A stretch of DNA of 64,000 bases from Phyllobates terribilis (GCF_046119375.1 NW_027362769.1:57908001-57972000), one strand, 5' to 3'; counted from the stretch's first letter, positions 24,208 through 38,817 are shown. Translations and numbers: made by a program. Notes: generated by a model from the sequence alone, not told the origin.

Positions 24208-25415
24208 TATTCTCATTAAATACTTTGTTCTGTACAAAGTTGAATGTGCGGACAACAAAATCACACAAAAATCATCAATGGAAATCAAATTTATTAACCA
24301 ATGGAAGGCTGGATTTGTAGTCACCCCCAAAATTAAAGTGGAAAAACACACTACAGGTTGATCCAACTTTGATGTAATGTCCTTAAAACAAGTCACAATG
24401 AGGCTCAGTATTGTGTGTGGCCTCCATGTGCCTGTATGACCTCCCTACAATGCCTGGGCATGCTCCTGATGAGGTTGCGGATGGTTTCCTGTGGGATCTC
24501 CTCCCAGACCTGGACTAAAGCATCCGCCAACTCCTGGACAGTCTGTGGTGAAACGTGACATTGGTGGATGGAGCGAGACATGATGTCCCAGATGTGCTCA
24601 ATCAGATTCAGGTCTGGGGAACGGACAGGCCAGTCCATAGCTTCAATGCCTTCATACGGGTGGGCCAGTCCATAGCTTCAATGCCTTCATCTTGCAGGAA
24701 CTGCTGACACACTCCAGCCACATGAGGTCTGGCATTGTCCTGCATTAGGAGGAACCCAGGGCCAACTGCACCAGCATATGGTCTCACAAGGGGTCTGAGG
24801 ATCTCATCTCGGTACCTAATGGCAGTCAGGCTACCTCTGGCGAGCACATGGAGGGTTGTGCGGCCCTCCAAAGAAATGCCACCCCACACCATTACTGACC
24901 CACTGCCAAACCGGTCATGCTGAAGGATGTTGCAGGCAGCAGATTGCTCTCCACGGCGTCTCCAGACTCTATCACGTCTGTCACATGTGCTCAGTGTGAA
25001 CCTGCTTTGTGCAGACACATGCACATTTGTGGCCTGCTGGAGGTCATTTTGCAGGGCACTGGCAGTGCTCTTCCTGTTCCTCCTTGCACAAAGGCGGAGG
25101 TAGCGGTCCTGCTGCTGGGTTGTTGCCCTCCTATGGCCCCCTCCATGTCTTGCCAATAATTTCCATCTATTGTCTATTCCATTTGCACAACAGCATGTGA
25201 AATTGATTGTCCACTTAGGAAGCAACACTGATTGACAGTTTGATTTCACAGAAGTTTGATTTACTTGGAGTTATATTCTGTTGTTTAAGTGTTCTTTATT
25301 TTTTTGAGCAGTGTATATGAGTTTCACCTTTTGGATTGAAGAACTGAAATAAATTAACTTGTTGATATTTATAATTTTATGAGCGGCACCTGTATGCTGC
25401 TTACCATTCGCAGGC

Positions 25416-25504
25416 CATTGCAGTAGCTTAGGGATCCATGGTTACGACCATTAACTGTCACTGTATGAGTGGACGTAACCATGGATCCCTAAGCTACTGC
25501 AATG
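25416..25504. repeat. Perfect 31-bp inverted repeat with 27-bp spacer (probable MITE core)
   Basis: CATTGCAGTAGCTTAGGGATCCATGGTTACG ... CGTAACCATGGATCCCTAAGCTACTGCAATG. Confidence 0.85.
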
Positions 25505-26474
25505 CCCTGCACATGGGGTAAGTTACATAGCAAATCAGAACTATACTACATTTCTAATTGGAGGAATTTACGAATATTATTACAACTACTACAAATTGGG
25601 ATAGGATCTTGGGAGATAAAATACATTTAAAGCGATATTCCTATTTTCTTACCTCTGCATCAAATTAATCCCAAATTCACTATATGGTCTTTAGCAAGGT
25701 AATGGGTGATATTTGTATACTATACCTGGAACCTGTGTGTAGAACAGCTTGAAGTAGATACCAGGTATCCTAATGGGATGAATTAAAGGCATATTTGATG
25801 TACGTGTATGACCCAAATATCCAGAACTGCTCGTGACTTTAGTTTCTTACACCAATCACTTCCACAAATGGCTCTTTTCAATTCAATGTGAACTACCTTA
25901 GAACTATAGTTAGATTCCCATTGTGGGTGAAAGCAAAATGTTTTAAAACACTAGAGATCTCAGTGTTCCTGGATTTATTGCATCCTGGAAATGTGGTCCA
26001 ATGTGTGTTTTTTTCAATTTAATTTCTAGTGGTGTAATCCATGTATTGAAACGCACAGGAATCACTGTATTACATAAAAAAAATAAAAAAAAATACTGGT
26101 GTTCGTTAACAAGGTTTTATGTTATATTGCTAATTAGTGCTATAAGATGGCAAGTTTTTGTTTTTTAAAATAAATTTCATAATGATCAGTATTTTTTATT
26201 TTAAAATATAACCGATTGGATTTGTATCACCCGCTAAAATGTTTATCCCGAGGAAAACCAACTCCCCATGTTTCGGGATCACTGCTGTATTTACGAGGCT
26301 CAACGTAGTTACAGAAGAGGGAATTCTCCGTGTATACCATCTACCCTCTATTATTTGCATGCGTAGATAATGATAAGACAAACATTTTATCTGTTTGAAT
26401 TCTTAACTTCTCCTACAGCTTTCTGTATTCCTTTTAATCTTTATTTTCAATTTATACCTTATCTATAAGGGTTA

Positions 26475-29400
26475 GGCCATGTGCCCACGTAGCGTTTTTA
26501 CGGCTGCAAAAATGCAGCGAAAACGCTTGTAAAACCGTCTGCCGTGCAAAGCAATGTGAATTCGGATGTGCTGTGCACAATTTGCGCGCCGAATTCGCAT
26601 TGCGTTGCAAAAGAGAGCATGACCATTTCTACCGCGATTACGCTGAGGAACATTGAAACGCAGCACACCCGCAGGTATATGTGGATTTGCTGCGTTTCAA
26701 TTAAATTCAATGGCCGCGAATTTGCAGCGTAATCGCAGTGCGTGTGGTACCCGGGATGAGGAGGAGACTACAACTCCTCTTCATCCCAGCTACCACGCGG
26801 TTAAAAGAAGAAATAAAAAAGTTATAAACAAAACCTGTATATTCACCTCTCCAGCAACCCCCGATCTGCTCCCGGCCACGTCCTCTCTCCTTGGCGTCCC
26901 GCAGTGTACAGTCAGGACCTGCGGTGACGTCATTTAGTCAGCTGATGGTCATGCGACTGCTGACGTCGGCGGTCAGGTGATGGTCGCGTGACCATCTGCT
27001 GACTAAATGACGTCACCACAGGTCCTGACTGTACACCGCGGGACGCCAGAGAGAGGATCACAGGATCGCTGCTGGGAGCGGACTGGAGGAGACCGGAGAG
27101 GTGAGTATACAGGTTTTTTTTTTTTTTTTTATTGTTAACGTTTTAATTCTCTTTTTATTTTTACTATAGATGCTGCATTTAAAGCATCAGTTGTTCACAC
27201 ATAAATCCATGCCGGTTGCATGGATTTAGGCTGTGTGCCCACGTAGCGTTTTTCAAGCATTTATGCTGCGGAATTTCCGCAGCGGAAACGCTTGTAAAAC
27301 GCTAGGTAATCCGCACCCCATGGTCCCCAAGGGGATTCCGCATGTTCTATGCACATGCTGCGGATTTTTCCGCAGCGTTTATGCTGCGTACAAAAATCCG
27401 CAGCATGTCATTTAATTTTGCGGAAGTGCAGCGGAACTCCCGCCATTGACTTGCATTGAGACGCACAGAAACCGCGACTGTACATTTTTACAAGCGGCTT
27501 CTATGCGTCTCTATGTGCGGATGGTACCCAGTTCTGGAGGAGAGAAAACTCTCATCCAGACCTGGGTACCATTGTACCTGTAAAAAAAGAATAAAATAAC
27601 AAATAAAGTTTATACTCACCTGTCCGGCGTCTTCTCTCTGAATGCCAGCATCGCTGAAGGACCTTCGGTGACGTCACAGTCATGTGACCGCAGGCCCTTC
27701 ACCGCTCTGTCTCGCGATATGCCGGCAGCCGGGAACCAGCCAGGAAGCAGCGCTGCAGCCACGCCGGGGCCTCGGGGGTGAGTATAGCTTTATTTGTTTT
27801 AATTTTTACGGTTCACACTGTATAAATTCATGCTGTTTGCATGGATTTATACAGTGTGACCTAGTTGTCAAGCACTTTCCAAGTGATGCTATCGCCTGGA
27901 AAGCGCTTGTCAATCTGCATGCGGAAACGCATGTGAATCCGCATGTATTTCGCAGGAAAAACGCATGCACAATCTGCATGCGTTTTTTTCTGCCAGGGAG
28001 ATGCAGAAATTTTCTGCTTCATTTCTGCATCGTGGGCACATAGCCTTATATTGTGTGACCAACTTGTCAAGCACTTTCCAAGTGATGCTCAAAATCGCTT
28101 GGAAGGCTATGTGCCCACGTTGCGGACCTGAAGCATATTTTTTACGCTTCTCCCTGGCGGGAAAATCGCATGCGGATATTACATGCGGTTTTCCCGCCAG
28201 GTAGAAGCGTTTGTGAGGCGTCTTTGCATGCATTTCCGCATGCGGGTTATCAAGCCTAAGGCTGTGTGCCCACGTAGCGTTTTTCAAGCGTATATGCTGC
28301 GGAATTTCCGCAGCGTAAACGCTTGAAAAACGCATGTATATCCGCACCCCATGGTCCCCAATGGCATTCCGCAATGTCAATGCCCATGCTGCGGATTTTT
28401 CCGCAGCGTATATGCTGCGGTCAAAAATCCGAAGCATGTTCATTAATTTTGCGGAAGCGCAGCGGAATCAATGTGCGGATGGTACCCAAGTCTGGATGAG
28501 AGGAGACTCTCATCCAGACCTGGGTACCAAAGAACCTGTAAAAAAAAGAATAAAATAAAGTTTATACTTATCTTCTGATGTTTTCCCTCCGTCGCGCTGT
28601 TGTCTGAAGGACCTGCCACGTCATTGAGTCATGTGACCCACCACATGACTCAATGACGTCACCGCAGGTCCTGCACACAACAGCGTGAGCCTCTCAAGAC
28701 TCCGGACGGGGCAGAGGATGCATCAGAAGGTGAGTATAAAGTTTATTTTTTTATTTTTTACCATTCTGAACAAGTTGTCAAGCACTTTTCCAAGTGATGC
28801 TTGGAGAAGTGCTTGATAACCCGCATGCGGAAATGCATGCAAAGACGCCTCACAAACGCTTCTAACTGGCGGGAAAACCGCATGTAATATCCGCATGCGA
28901 TTTTCCCGCCAGGGAGAAGCGTAAAAAATATGCTTCAGGTCCGCAACGTGGGCACATAGCCTAAACTGCTTGAAAAAACGCATGCGAAAACGCATGTAAA
29001 AACGCTGAGAAAACGCTTCTCTCTGGCAGAAAAAATGCATGTAAATCTGCATGCGTTTTTTCTGCCAGAGAGAGGCAAAAAACGCTCTGCATCAAATCTG
29101 CTACGTGGGCACATAGCCTTAGTGTCCACGATGCAGAAATGAAGCAGAAATTTTCCTGAGCATTTCTGCATCTCCTTTGCAGAAAAACGCATGCGGTTTT
29201 TACATGCGTTTTTTGATGCGTATTTGACACGTTTTGCATGCGTATTTGCCATGCGTTTTTCCTATGCATTGTATAGGCAAATACGCATGCAGAAACGCAC
29301 AAGAATTGGTCATGTCCTTATTTTTTCTGCAAGTAAAATCTGCGCAGAAAAAATCCTGACCATGTGCACAGAACTTGCAGAATGTCATAGGAAGTCACGG

Positions 29401-31064
29401 GATAAGGTATGCAATGCGTTTCTGGAGCGTTTACGCACTGTTAGGCTGTGTGCCCACGTAGCGTTTTTCAAGCGTTTATGCTGCGGAATTTCCGCAGCGG
29501 AAACGCTTGAAAAACGCTAGGTAATCCGCACCCCATGGTCCCCAAGGGGATTCCGCATGTTCTATGCACATGCTGCGGATTTTTCCGCAGCGTTTATGCT
29601 ACGTACAAAAATCCGCAGCATGTCATTTAATTTTGCGGAAGTGCAGCGGAACTCCCGCCATTGACTTGCATTGAGACGCACAGAAACCGCGACTGTACAT
29701 TTGTACAAGCGGCTTCTATGCGTCTCTATGTGCGGATGGTACCCAGTTCTGGAGGAGAGGAGACTCTCATCCAGACCTGGGTACCATTGTACCTGTAAAA
29801 AAAGTATAAAATAACAAATAAAGTTTATACTCACCTGTCCGGCGGCTTCTCTCTGAATGCCGGCATCGCTTGAGGACCTGCGGTGACGTCACAGTCATGT
29901 GACCGCAGGCCCTTCACCGCTCTGTCTCGCGATATGCCGGCAGCCGGGAACCAGACAGGAAGCAGCGCTGCAGCCACGCCGGGGCCTCGGGGGTGAGTAT
30001 AGCTTTATTTGTTTTAATTTTTACGGTTCACACTGTATAAATCCATGCTGTTTGCATGGATTTATACAGTGTGACCTAGTTGTCAAGCACTTTCCAAGTG
30101 ATGCTATCGCCTGGAAAGTGCTTGTCAATCTGCATGCGGAAACGCATGTGAACCCGCATGTGGATCCGCATGTATTCTGCAGGAAAAACGCATGCACAAT
30201 CTGCATGCGTTTTTTTCTGCCAGGGAGATGCAGAAATGCTGCAGAAATTTTCTGCTTCATTTCTGCATCGTGTGCACATACCCTTAGGCTGTGTGCCCAC
30301 GTAGCATTTTTCAAGCGTATATGCTGCGGAATTTCCGCAGCGTAAACGCTTGAAAAACGCATGTATATCCGCACCCCATGGTCCCCAATGGGATTCCGCA
30401 AGTTCTATGCACATGCTGCGGATTTTTCCGCAGCGTTTATGCCGCGTTCAAAAATCCGCAGCATGTCATTTAATTTTGCGTTTCCGCAAGCGGAATTGCC
30501 TTTGTCCAATGCATAAAAAACGCAAGGCAATTCCGCATGTGGAAAACGCGTGATAAACGCGCGAAAAATGCGCGATAAACGCGTGCGGAATTCCGCATGC
30601 GTTTTTCCGGGAGAGGACTTGCATTTATGCAGCAGAAATTTTCTGCTTCATAAATGCAACGTGGGCACATAGCGGCTATGTGCCCACGTTGCATTTATGA
30701 AGCAGAAAATTTCTGCTGCATAAATGCAAGTCCTCTCCCGGAAAAACGCATGCGGAATTCCGCACGCGTTTATCGCGCATTTTTCGCGCGTTTATCACGC
30801 GTTTTCCACATGCGTAATTGCCTTGCGTTTTTTATGCATTGGACAAAGGCAATTCCGCTTGCGGAAACGCAAAATTAAATGACATGCTGCGGATTTTTGA
30901 ACGCGGCATAAACGCTGCGGAAAAATCCGCAGCATGTGCATAGAACTTGCGGAATCCCATTGGGGACCATGGGGTGCGGATATACATGCGTTTTTCAAGC
31001 GTTTACGCTGCGGAAATTCCGCAGCATATACGCTTGAAAAATGCTACGTGGGCACACAGCCTAA
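26475..31064. mobile_element. Dense nested cluster of PIF/Harbinger-type MITEs
   Basis: Repeated termini GGC(T/C)(A/G)TGTGCCCACG and their reverse complement, abutting TTA/TAA (e.g. 26472, 28258, 29443, 30284, 31062). 27230-28000 is nearly duplicated at 29445-30280. Confidence 0.8.
30287..31061. repeat. 775-bp near-perfect palindrome of MITE sequence
   Basis: Arms of about 387 bp meet at CACATAGC-G-GCTATGTG (centre 30674). Outer ends are TTA|GGCTGTGTGCCCACG and CGTGGGCACACAGCC|TAA. Confidence 0.9.
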
Positions 31065-31545
31065 CGCACCAAAAAACTCACCAAAAACGCATCGTGGGCA
31101 CACAGCCGGATATGTTACGCATCAGCTGCAGATATTCACAGCAGAAAAAAAAAAACTTAGGTTTTTGCACCAAAAATGCAGCATAAACCTGATACCTGAA
31201 TTTTTGCACTTACCCATTGCTTTCTATGGGTAAAAAAATGCCGCAAAAACACTGAAAGAAGTGACATGCTGCAGTTTGAAAACACTTTTTTTCCGGATAT
31301 GGAAAACTGTGTGCATGAGATTCCTGAAATCTCATAGCTTTTGCTGGTATTGTAAACTGCAGCAAAAACGCAATGTGTGAACATCGCTTAATATGCCGCC
31401 AGATTCTCAGCGGCTAATCTGCAGCAGAAAATTTGATCCATTTTCACACCATGGGAATGTACCCTATTGGCCCTTTACAAGGTGATCCGGTCATGAGCAA
31501 CACACAATATAGCATGCTGTTTAGCCCTCAATGTACTTCCATTAA

Positions 31546-31923
31546 GGCCTCAGAGACATCAGTGTTTTTCACGTATGAGAAAAACAAACCAACTCTGAAT
31601 GGACTTTGATCATTGTGTGAGCCGAGTGTCAGTTTTTGTCGGACGAGAAAAAAAGTTTCTCCACATTCTCCATTCTGACAGTCGGTGAAAATTGGGTTGT
31701 ACCCGAATGTTATCAGTGTTGTCCGATTTTTTCACGGAACCATAGACTTGCATTGCTGATTTTGATCCAACCCTTGGATCTAAATCAGACATGTCTCCGT
31801 GATTTTTCACAGTCCGTGTGGTCTGCGAAAAATATCGGACATCTGAATGGCCCCATAGACTCACAGTATCTGTGAAAACTATGGAAGCATTCGTATGCGA
31901 AAATCTGATGTCTGAATGAGGCC
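31546..31923. mobile_element. Harbinger-type MITE
   Basis: TAA|GGCCTCA..AGACATCAG ... CTGATGTCTGAATGAGGCC|TAA, with a 3-bp TAA TSD. Confidence 0.75.
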
Positions 31924-34445
31924 TAACATAGAGCAATCATCCACAAGGGTAAACTTCATGGGGATGTTGGTGGTTAGTCTCCATACAGTGTGCATATTGT
32001 CAGCAGTGTATCCCTCGTTTACACAGGGAGATGTGCTGCCAACGAACAAGGATTGTAGGCTTACATAAAATAAGAAAGTGATCACTATTCGAACGATTGC
32101 ATATTTGTTGGCTGATCGCTAGCATATAGATATGGGGCTGGGTTGCTGGCCTCCTACGGCCCCCTCCATGTCTCCTGGTAGCGGGGTCTCCTGTATATGG
32201 GGCAATGATCAAACTTTCCTATAAACGTCTTTCGGGCAATCATCAGGCCTTGTAAAATGTTTTGTATCCATTTGTCTTGATAATGGCATCACACAGCAAT
32301 GTCACATGGCTTGTTCACAACTTTTTGGTGTAGAAAAAGTCCTTAAATATGATGATCACAGCACAAACGGTGAGAAAAAAAACAGCAAATTTTATTACAT
32401 TTGATAAAATGTACATACACTTTCTTGGCTAATTAAATATAGGGCATGTTTATTAATAGTTTACATTGTGCTTGAAATAGAGAATTCAATACGATAAAAA
32501 ATAATGGGCGGCAAGAGGAAAGGGAATGGTTTCCTATCAGAGATTTGATACCCACTCTAGTAACCAAAGGATTATTTTCAGTTTTTAATCAAAAGTAACA
32601 AAGCAAACTGTATATATAATCTACAATATGTATAGGTTAATTGCACAAATCAATGCTTTACCTAGTATTTAAGGACCTGTCTGTCTCATGTATCTACTGT
32701 CCAATGCTTTTCTACAGGGTTGTGCTTGTGAGGTTGGTTGTTTTCTCAGTTAATCCGCATTGAAGTTTATGGGGCAGACTGGTACTTTTAGATTGATTAT
32801 ATCATTATGGCCTGAAATAAGCATGGCTCCTAGTCTTGGGCTCCAATCTGTTCCCTAGTCCCCAGTTAAGCCTCATTGATGGTGATGAGCTTTGTAATCA
32901 GAGCTTGAGTTGTCCAAACTGGATGGTCCTTGGAGTATAACATTTTGAGAAGCTCGTAAAGAGTTAGTTTATAAACCCTATTAGGAACGTCTACGTTAAG
33001 AGAGAAGATGGGGTGGGGGGTCCTCGGTTCAGGATCATCAGCTCTTGGCCAGAATTTAGAAAAGTTACAAAGAGCATCACTCTCTCTGGAGAGTCTGTCC
33101 TGTGTCCTGCATTACACACACACAACCCATTGATTTGAATAGGAACTGTGCAATAAGGGGGACACTTCTGTTTATCGAGGGCCCCTTTCTAACAATTAGA
33201 CATGGTCTAAAGTGAAGAACCCCATTTAAAACCATGCTTCATATATGTTCATTGAACAGGGACTCCGTCCAAGCCCATTTACACTGTACGTTCGGTCAAA
33301 TAACTTTTTGGGTTTTTCATATGCGCAATGACTGATATAGGATTGGAGAGTGCGCCAGTGAAATCTTCCCAAAACTTGAACCGTTAACTTTAAAAAAATG
33401 AATGGGATAAAGAACAAAAGAACATTTGATTTATGATGAAGATCATATTTCTGTGAACTTAACACTACAGCTGGCCATATACATTAGACCATCCAATGTG
33501 TATAGGGAACACTTGAGCGTTCATGTTTATGGTGGTGGTCAAGAGAGCTGTTCACTGAATAATGTTCATCCATCATCTATGTCCAGCCTAAGTCAATGTA
33601 CGGTACTCATTGAAAGTAGGTATTTTGGTGGTAACAAAATATTGTATAATATTTTGACAATCTTTATGACTGCAAACCTGTGGTTCTCAAAATGCTGGAA
33701 AACTTCAGCTTTCCCTTTTCTGTGGAGTTCTTGGATGAGCTTTTTTTTTTTCCCCTGAAGTGGTTTTGAAGAGGTGTTTTTTTTGCAGCCTTTTGCTTGG
33801 ACAGTGCCTAGTTTTGGTGCAGATTCCATCAGGAACTATTGCAAAGAAGTTACATCATGCATGTTTTCCTACCAGACAATTTTCAAAACCTCTTTAGGGA
33901 GTAACAACAAGCTAAAGAAACCCTTCCTCATATGAACAGCAAAGTGAATTTCCTAGAGCAATGAATAGAAGTTTTCCCAATAAGTTTTTGGAGCAGATAC
34001 GTGCCAAAACTCATCAAACATGTGTAAACATAGCCTTAAAGTGTGTGACAGTCAGAGCATAGTGTGAATTGGCACAAGCTAGAGCCCGACAGGTTGAAGA
34101 CCATCATCCTATACTGACTGCTAATATTGTTGGGATCACTTGTAATTACAGCAGGTTATCCAGTAACAAAAGAAACGCTGAGTGTACAGCCAACGCCGAC
34201 AACGCCAACAGCCCACAGTAAAATGACAGTAATTTAGCCACTTGGCATGGGAGACTAGTGGTCTGCCAAGTTCGTGTTTGTCATATAATTCATCTTGTTC
34301 TGTTGTGCAGCTCTCTGATTCAGTATCGCAATAAATTAAAGTTTTTATATTAGAAAGCACGAGAAAAAATATATTTCTAAAGAAAACAAAATTGGCATTT
34401 CTGATGGCATTAACACATTTAGCAATGCTCCTATTCTATTAATCA

Positions 34446-34620
34446 GTGGTTAGCACTGTAGCCTTGCAGCGCTTGGGTCCTGGGTTAAATCCCACCAAGG
34501 ACAACATGTGTAAGGAGTTTGTATGTTCTCCCCGTGATTGCGTGGGTTTCCTCCGGGTTCTCTGGTTTCCACCCACACTCCAGAGACATACTGATAGGGA
34601 AGAATTAATGGCACTATATA
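34446..34620 (+). mobile_element. tRNA-derived V-SINE remnant
   Basis: A-box-like GTGGTTAGCA and B-box-like GGTTAAATCC, then a V-domain-like GGAGTTTGTATGTTCTCCCCGTG..TGCGTGGGTTTCCTCCGGGT..TC.GGTTTCC.CCCAC. Confidence 0.75.
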
Positions 34621-37600
34621 AGTGGAGTAAAATAAATAGAGCAGCATGGATAAATGCGAATTGCTCACATGTATGGTGTCACTCCATTTGTCCCACTAGT
34701 GGTAAAGTACATATTAGTGCTCGGGCCATGGCTACCATAATCCCGACAGCAGTCACAATGGGCAGAAGTACATTCCATAATTTGCTCCCTCCATCCAGCC
34801 ATAAATAGAACAGCGCACAGGTTAAAAACAATAGGCAAGGCAAAGTATGCTGCGGGCAGGAATCTTTCCTTACATCTGCCGCTCACATACTGAGCTTTTC
34901 AGAGACGGAAAACACAGCACGGTTTAACCTTCAGTCGGTAAAAGAAGACGCTATGAAAAATAAGTCCACGCTGGCATAATTATTCCTAGAAGCCCGCTGA
35001 GATAAACCTGCTGAACTGACTTTCAAAGTATATAGGAAAGTATTTCTCTAACCGGCTTAAGGAAGTCCACAGGGAAAACTTGTTGCAGAAAGTGTTACCA
35101 GCTGCAGCCAGTGATTAGAGAAGACACAAAGGCAAGGAAGGCGACTGTTCTGGAAAATAACAAATGCTCGGATTTACATTTACCATACATTTCAATGAGA
35201 TATTGCATTAAGACGATGGAACAGTTTCCTGGGGAAGGATATAAATCTATATATGTATTAAAATACATGTGGATGGGCTCTTCATTCACTATTGTGATGG
35301 GAAAAAAAATTGGGGATTATCTTGGAACTGTACTTTCAACACACTTGGCATAAATCAATAATACAGGCGGCTATAACAAAAAAATTGTAATATATCCTAT
35401 CAGAGAAATCTGCTCCTTCCCCACTTATAACACTGTTGTTTACCTCCATCTAAGCCTGAACTTGTCATCCACTCAGAAAAAAAAACAAAAAAACACAGCT
35501 CAAATCCATTTTGCTGCCACCGCATTGTGGCTTGATGTGACATAGCCCATTATAATCTATGGAGTGAGGAGAAAAGTGAGGAAACAGGCAGAGGAAACAC
35601 AGCAATATTGTGTTGAGCTGTCCAACAAGTCTTTTACCTTCCCCCAGAGCTGAATTGTCATCCATACAGCTCAGCATTGCTGTATATTGTCCTCCATGCT
35701 TGCTGTTGCTTGTCAGATTGCTAAAAAAGTAAATAGCAAGAATCCCTCTCTATGTACTGTTCTAAATTTATGAAGGTAAAGTGAGTCTTCATGTGATAGA
35801 TCTATTCTAGGGGACCGTCAATATTACGCAACACAATTTAATGCTATGGCTGATCAATGTTATTACATGCTTAGTATCTTATCTTAGTATCTTATTGTTA
35901 TTAAAGTAGCGGCCATAATTTTTTTTATTAAATGAATTAATTAAATTAGTCCTCCAATATATGTAATTCAGCAAGCATTACCTTATTTAGTTGTTTCTAT
36001 CTAAAAACTCACTGGTTCGGTCTCCTGACTTAGGTCATGTGATGTTGTGGTGACCCCTTTGTGAGACGGTAAAGGCATGTAATTCCAAGGGCAGGGACAG
36101 CACATGACCCAACTGAGTAAAAGGAATCCATGAATCTCAGCCACCAGAAAAGCCTTTATAATAAAAGAGCATGGACTGTAATCACTGAAGTTCTCCACAG
36201 GGGAAGGGGGCAGAAACTCCTATCACAGTTACTGATGATGATTACACATATACAATGGACTTAGAAGAGTGAATAATCACATAAGGCAGAGATGAAACTG
36301 ACTCTAGCTGGTCATGTGATGCAGTACTCATGCATCATGGGATTAATATCTGAGCATAGAGGAAAGAAATGCAAAGTGAAATCTGGGACTTAAGATGGAG
36401 ACTGAAGAGAAGAAAGTGGAAGCTGAACTGCATAGAGCTATAAGTACAGAGATCAGAGAAGTGCAGAGTGTGAAAGGGTGCAGGAATGGAAAAGTTTTAC
36501 TGGACCATTTCTTTGTTTTTTTTTTATTATTATTATTAGGGCCTGGTTTTGGACTAAATGAATGAGACTGAGGTCTTATAGTATATTATAGTATAGCTAA
36601 ACAACTACAAATTATAGGAACAGTGTAGTTGATCCAACCTTACAGACCCAGCATTGATGTAGGGAATTATCAAATAAAGCATCTAGAGATGTTATCACTT
36701 CTACAAACAGTCCTTTGTATTTGTTTCAAAGTAACCCTATGGCTAAACATTTTAGGAAAAAGTTACTAAAAGAGTAGCTGAAAAATATAATTAGGATAGG
36801 TAAAACAAGAAAATACCATATGTTCAGTCAATGCTTCGCTAAATCTTTACAAATTGGAAAATCCCTTAAAGTCTGTTGCTCTCTTGAAGAATTACTGCAT
36901 TTCAACCGTAAAATTTACTATTCCTGCCATTTTTAGAACTGGAAAATACTGTACCAATCATAGTAACATGTCTCAGATTAACATTAAGGAGACCCCTCTA
37001 CCATACGCATGCTATAATTCCACCTGAACTATAAGCAGTTACTTTAAATCTGGAGAAAATCCATATCATTGCTGGACAATGGAGTCCAGAGTGTTTTCAC
37101 CTACACTCCAAAACAAACATGTATTCTAAGCTTACTAATACGTTTAAATATTAATACTTGCGGTGCGGGAATCCTGCGCTATAATTGCAGTAAACGAAGC
37201 ACGCGTGAGGCCATCCAGAGCTCCTACAACTCATTCTAAAGGTTTTATTCTGTCCGCTGCTGACTCAATTACAATTTGGCCACCTATGGTTTGCCATTTC
37301 CCTTTGAAGACGTGCTGCTCTTAAGGTCACGATAACCTAATTGCATCATAATTGACTCCGGTTGCTCTCATCCATTCAGTAAGTGCAGAGTGAAGGAGAC
37401 AGAAGTGAGAGCTGCCTTCTGCGTACCGAGCAGGTGTCAGGTCTATTTATCTGCACAGGATTGAGAGGTGAAACAATTCAGCTTCAAGTGGGTTATCGAA
37501 AGCTGTGTAACCAGAATAAATAAAGCCAGTTACGTTCCTTTTATCACAGGCTAAAAGTTGATTTAAACAGTCAATATATCGATTTAAAGAGCTTAACGTT

Positions 37601-38817
37601 GCAAAACGTTAGAAGACAAGAAGCACGTTTGGCGCGGCCAGTCACAAATTGGTTTCTACGCTTTGTTGTGCATTGCAGCAGGAGCAAAATATTATAGGTG
37701 TCTCTCCTAATCTTATGGGCCATTTGTTGGTGAAGCCTTGTGAAGAATTATTACGATGGCAGGACTATAAAACGTAACCTTCTTGTGGGTGTTAAGATGA
37801 TTCATCTTTTATATTGAATTCCTTTTATTGCCAATGGTGTAAACAAAACATGTTTGCCTTGATCAACTTGGTTTCAATGCTTAAGTTGGGTCCTTTAACG
37901 ATAAAGGCAGAGTTTAAAGGTTATGTTTTTCTGTCTAAAGAACATCTATGTACTATGAATACTGGATAAGAGTGGGTAAGCTAGCTAAATGTGTACACAG
38001 GATCATACAGAGACATGTCAGCACACGATCCTTACCATCTAGTATACAGGGAAAACAGTCATTGGTCCTTTTACACGTTTCGGTACAACACTCGTGAATT
38101 ACTGATGGTCCCAGTGAACAGCTAGTGACAAGTATATGTACAAAGCAGCTCCTTCTGGTTCCCAGAATAAGAATACTGAGTTGTGGACCTTACCGTTACT
38201 TACTATATCCAATTAATACTTGAGGAATGTGAGATATCATCTATTAACAGTGAAACGTCCCTTACAAGACATCGGAATAATATAACACTGGTACACAGTA
38301 TAGTTTTATATTCATTGCAGCATACCCAAGATAAAGGCCCCATGTTGTGACCGGCACATATACATAAGATGGTACTGCAGGTTACACGCTGTGACAACTT
38401 CTTTAACCTGTTAAGAGAAATTAATCACAGCCAACCATTGTCATCAAGGCTATAATAGACTATCTCATGATAAAAAACAGAGATTTATCGAAATTGTGCA
38501 AATAAATCAGTCGATTCAGCCATCACTCACTTATCCAGTTGTATAACACCACTAATGAATATGCCTTAATGAATATAAAACGTGTTCTTATGCAAGGATG
38601 TTGATCTGGAGGCTTCTCAGTGCCTCAAACCATGTTTTTTATTCCACGGTGCAAGTCTTTAGGAATTGACCCATAAACTGGAAACACATTCTTGGTGACT
38701 TAACCATATTTGTAGGTATGTGTGCAATATGATTGTATTGCTAGGTCTCTTAGCAGCTGGTTACTGCCGAAATGTGCTTAATCCACTAAATGTAACATCC
38801 CCTTCTGTACAACCAAC

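Larger units (their letters stand above)
16264..25313 (-). mobile_element. Tc1 family A copy, internally deleted and interrupted by the Gypsy element
   Basis: TA|CACTGCTCAAAAAAATAAAGGGAACAC at 16264 and TTTATTTTTTTGAGCAGTG|TA at 25313. 16264-16328 and 24208-25313 join seamlessly when compared with the 4685-6255 copy. Fragmented transposase at 24405-25249. Confidence 0.9.

Noticed and set aside
26472-31233. Dozens of 60-180-aa ORFs in the MITE cluster
   Set aside because: They derive from palindromic GCATGCG-rich MITE arms, appear on both strands and show no protein motifs.
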